Origin: Octopus sinensis
Lineage: Eukaryota
NCBI RefSeq assembly: GCF_006345805.1
Contig: NC_043017.1
Coordinates: 310,001-374,000 of the forward strand
Direction: 5' to 3'
DNA length: 64,000 nt
Under the pieces are notes generated by a model. The model saw only the letters and a program-made list of their open reading frames with translations. It was not told the origin of the DNA and ran no database searches. The position numbers were made by a program, and so were the translations under genes. Positions 63,201 through 64,000 of this stretch are shown piece after piece. Each line of letters starts with the position of its first letter. Position 1 is the first letter of the stretch.

Positions 63201-63980
63201 GTGACCTGGGTATTCACATGAGTGATGACGCGACCTTTCATGTACATGTGCTAAACTGACAATGAAATGTAGACGGCTGGCTGGATGATTCTTAGAACCT
63301 TTAGAACAAGAGAACAAAAAACCATGATGGTCCTCTGGAAGACACTTGTCCTAAGCCACTTTGACTATTGCTCTCAGCTATGGTCACCATCCAGTGTCAA
63401 GTTGATCACAGAACTTGAGGCGATCCAACGAAGCTACACAAAGAAGATAGCCTCTATGCAGAATGTAAACTACTGGGAAAGACTCAAGAGATTAAAATTA
63501 TATTCTCTGGAGCGTAGGCGGGAAAGATATGCCATAATATACATCTGGAAGATCCTGGAGGGAAGTGTCCTGAACTTTGGCATCGAGAGTTACGCAAATG
63601 CCAGAACTGGGCGCCACTGCGTGGTGCCTAGGACACCAAACCTGCCATCAATATGTAGGACAAGATTCTGTGATAGCCTGGGCTTCCGAGGCCCACAGCT
63701 CTTCAATATCCTCCCGAAGAACCTGAGAGACCTGCATGGGGTGGATACAGATGTCTTTAAAATGAAGTTGGATCTCTTCCTGTCAGGTGTCCCAGATGAA
63801 CCAACTTCACGGCAGGAGGGGCAGATGAGGGCAGCTGCATCGAACTCTTTCATGCACCAAATAGCAGTTGCTAGAAAGCCTCCATGAAGTGAAACCAAGT
63901 AGCAACACCAAATGGCGGTGCCCCAGCATGGCCACAGCTCATAAGCTGAAACTAGAATCAATCAATCAATCAATCAATCA
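60290..63980 (+). mobile_element. CR1-group (CR1/L2/Crack-like) LINE, decayed, with (ATCA)n tail
   Basis: ORF1 remnant with CCCH finger; APE (LLNIRGL, YRPP, GDFNLP, LDL, SDH); RT (QHGFRPGRSC, DFAKAFDKV, GVPQGTVLGPLLF, YADDTK); C-terminal LYSLERRRERY; several frameshifts. Exact clade and 5' end are uncertain. Confidence 0.88.
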
Positions 63981-64000
63981 TATATAAAAAAGAATAGAGT

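Overview
AT-rich, microsatellite-dense eukaryotic DNA, probably an octopus or other cephalopod (inferred from the SINE families and repeat landscape; not verifiable here). The window holds one clear host coding exon, a DUF229 / alkaline-phosphatase-superfamily type II membrane protein (42049-44053, +). Nearly everything else is mobile DNA: two near-full-length decayed Tx1-clade LINEs plus two Tx1 fragments, a CR1-group LINE with several fragments, an RTE, an R4/Dong-like REL element, Penelope-like (RT + GIY-YIG) pieces, a mariner, a DD41D derivative, MITEs and three tRNA-derived SINE families. Three signals are invisible in the ORF track. (1) About 18 type I hammerhead-ribozyme motifs from many unrelated families; most sit in small non-coding fold-back or tandem units with the ribozymes pointing outward, one unit is circularly permuted, and one arm starts at the predicted cleavage site. 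(2) Two independent Tx1 insertions into (TATC)n in the same polarity, suggesting a GATA-microsatellite-targeting lineage. (3) Two SINE families whose 3' tails match LINEs in this window, one of them Tx1. All ribozyme folds were made by eye and activity is untested. No CRISPR, rRNA or true tRNA gene was seen.
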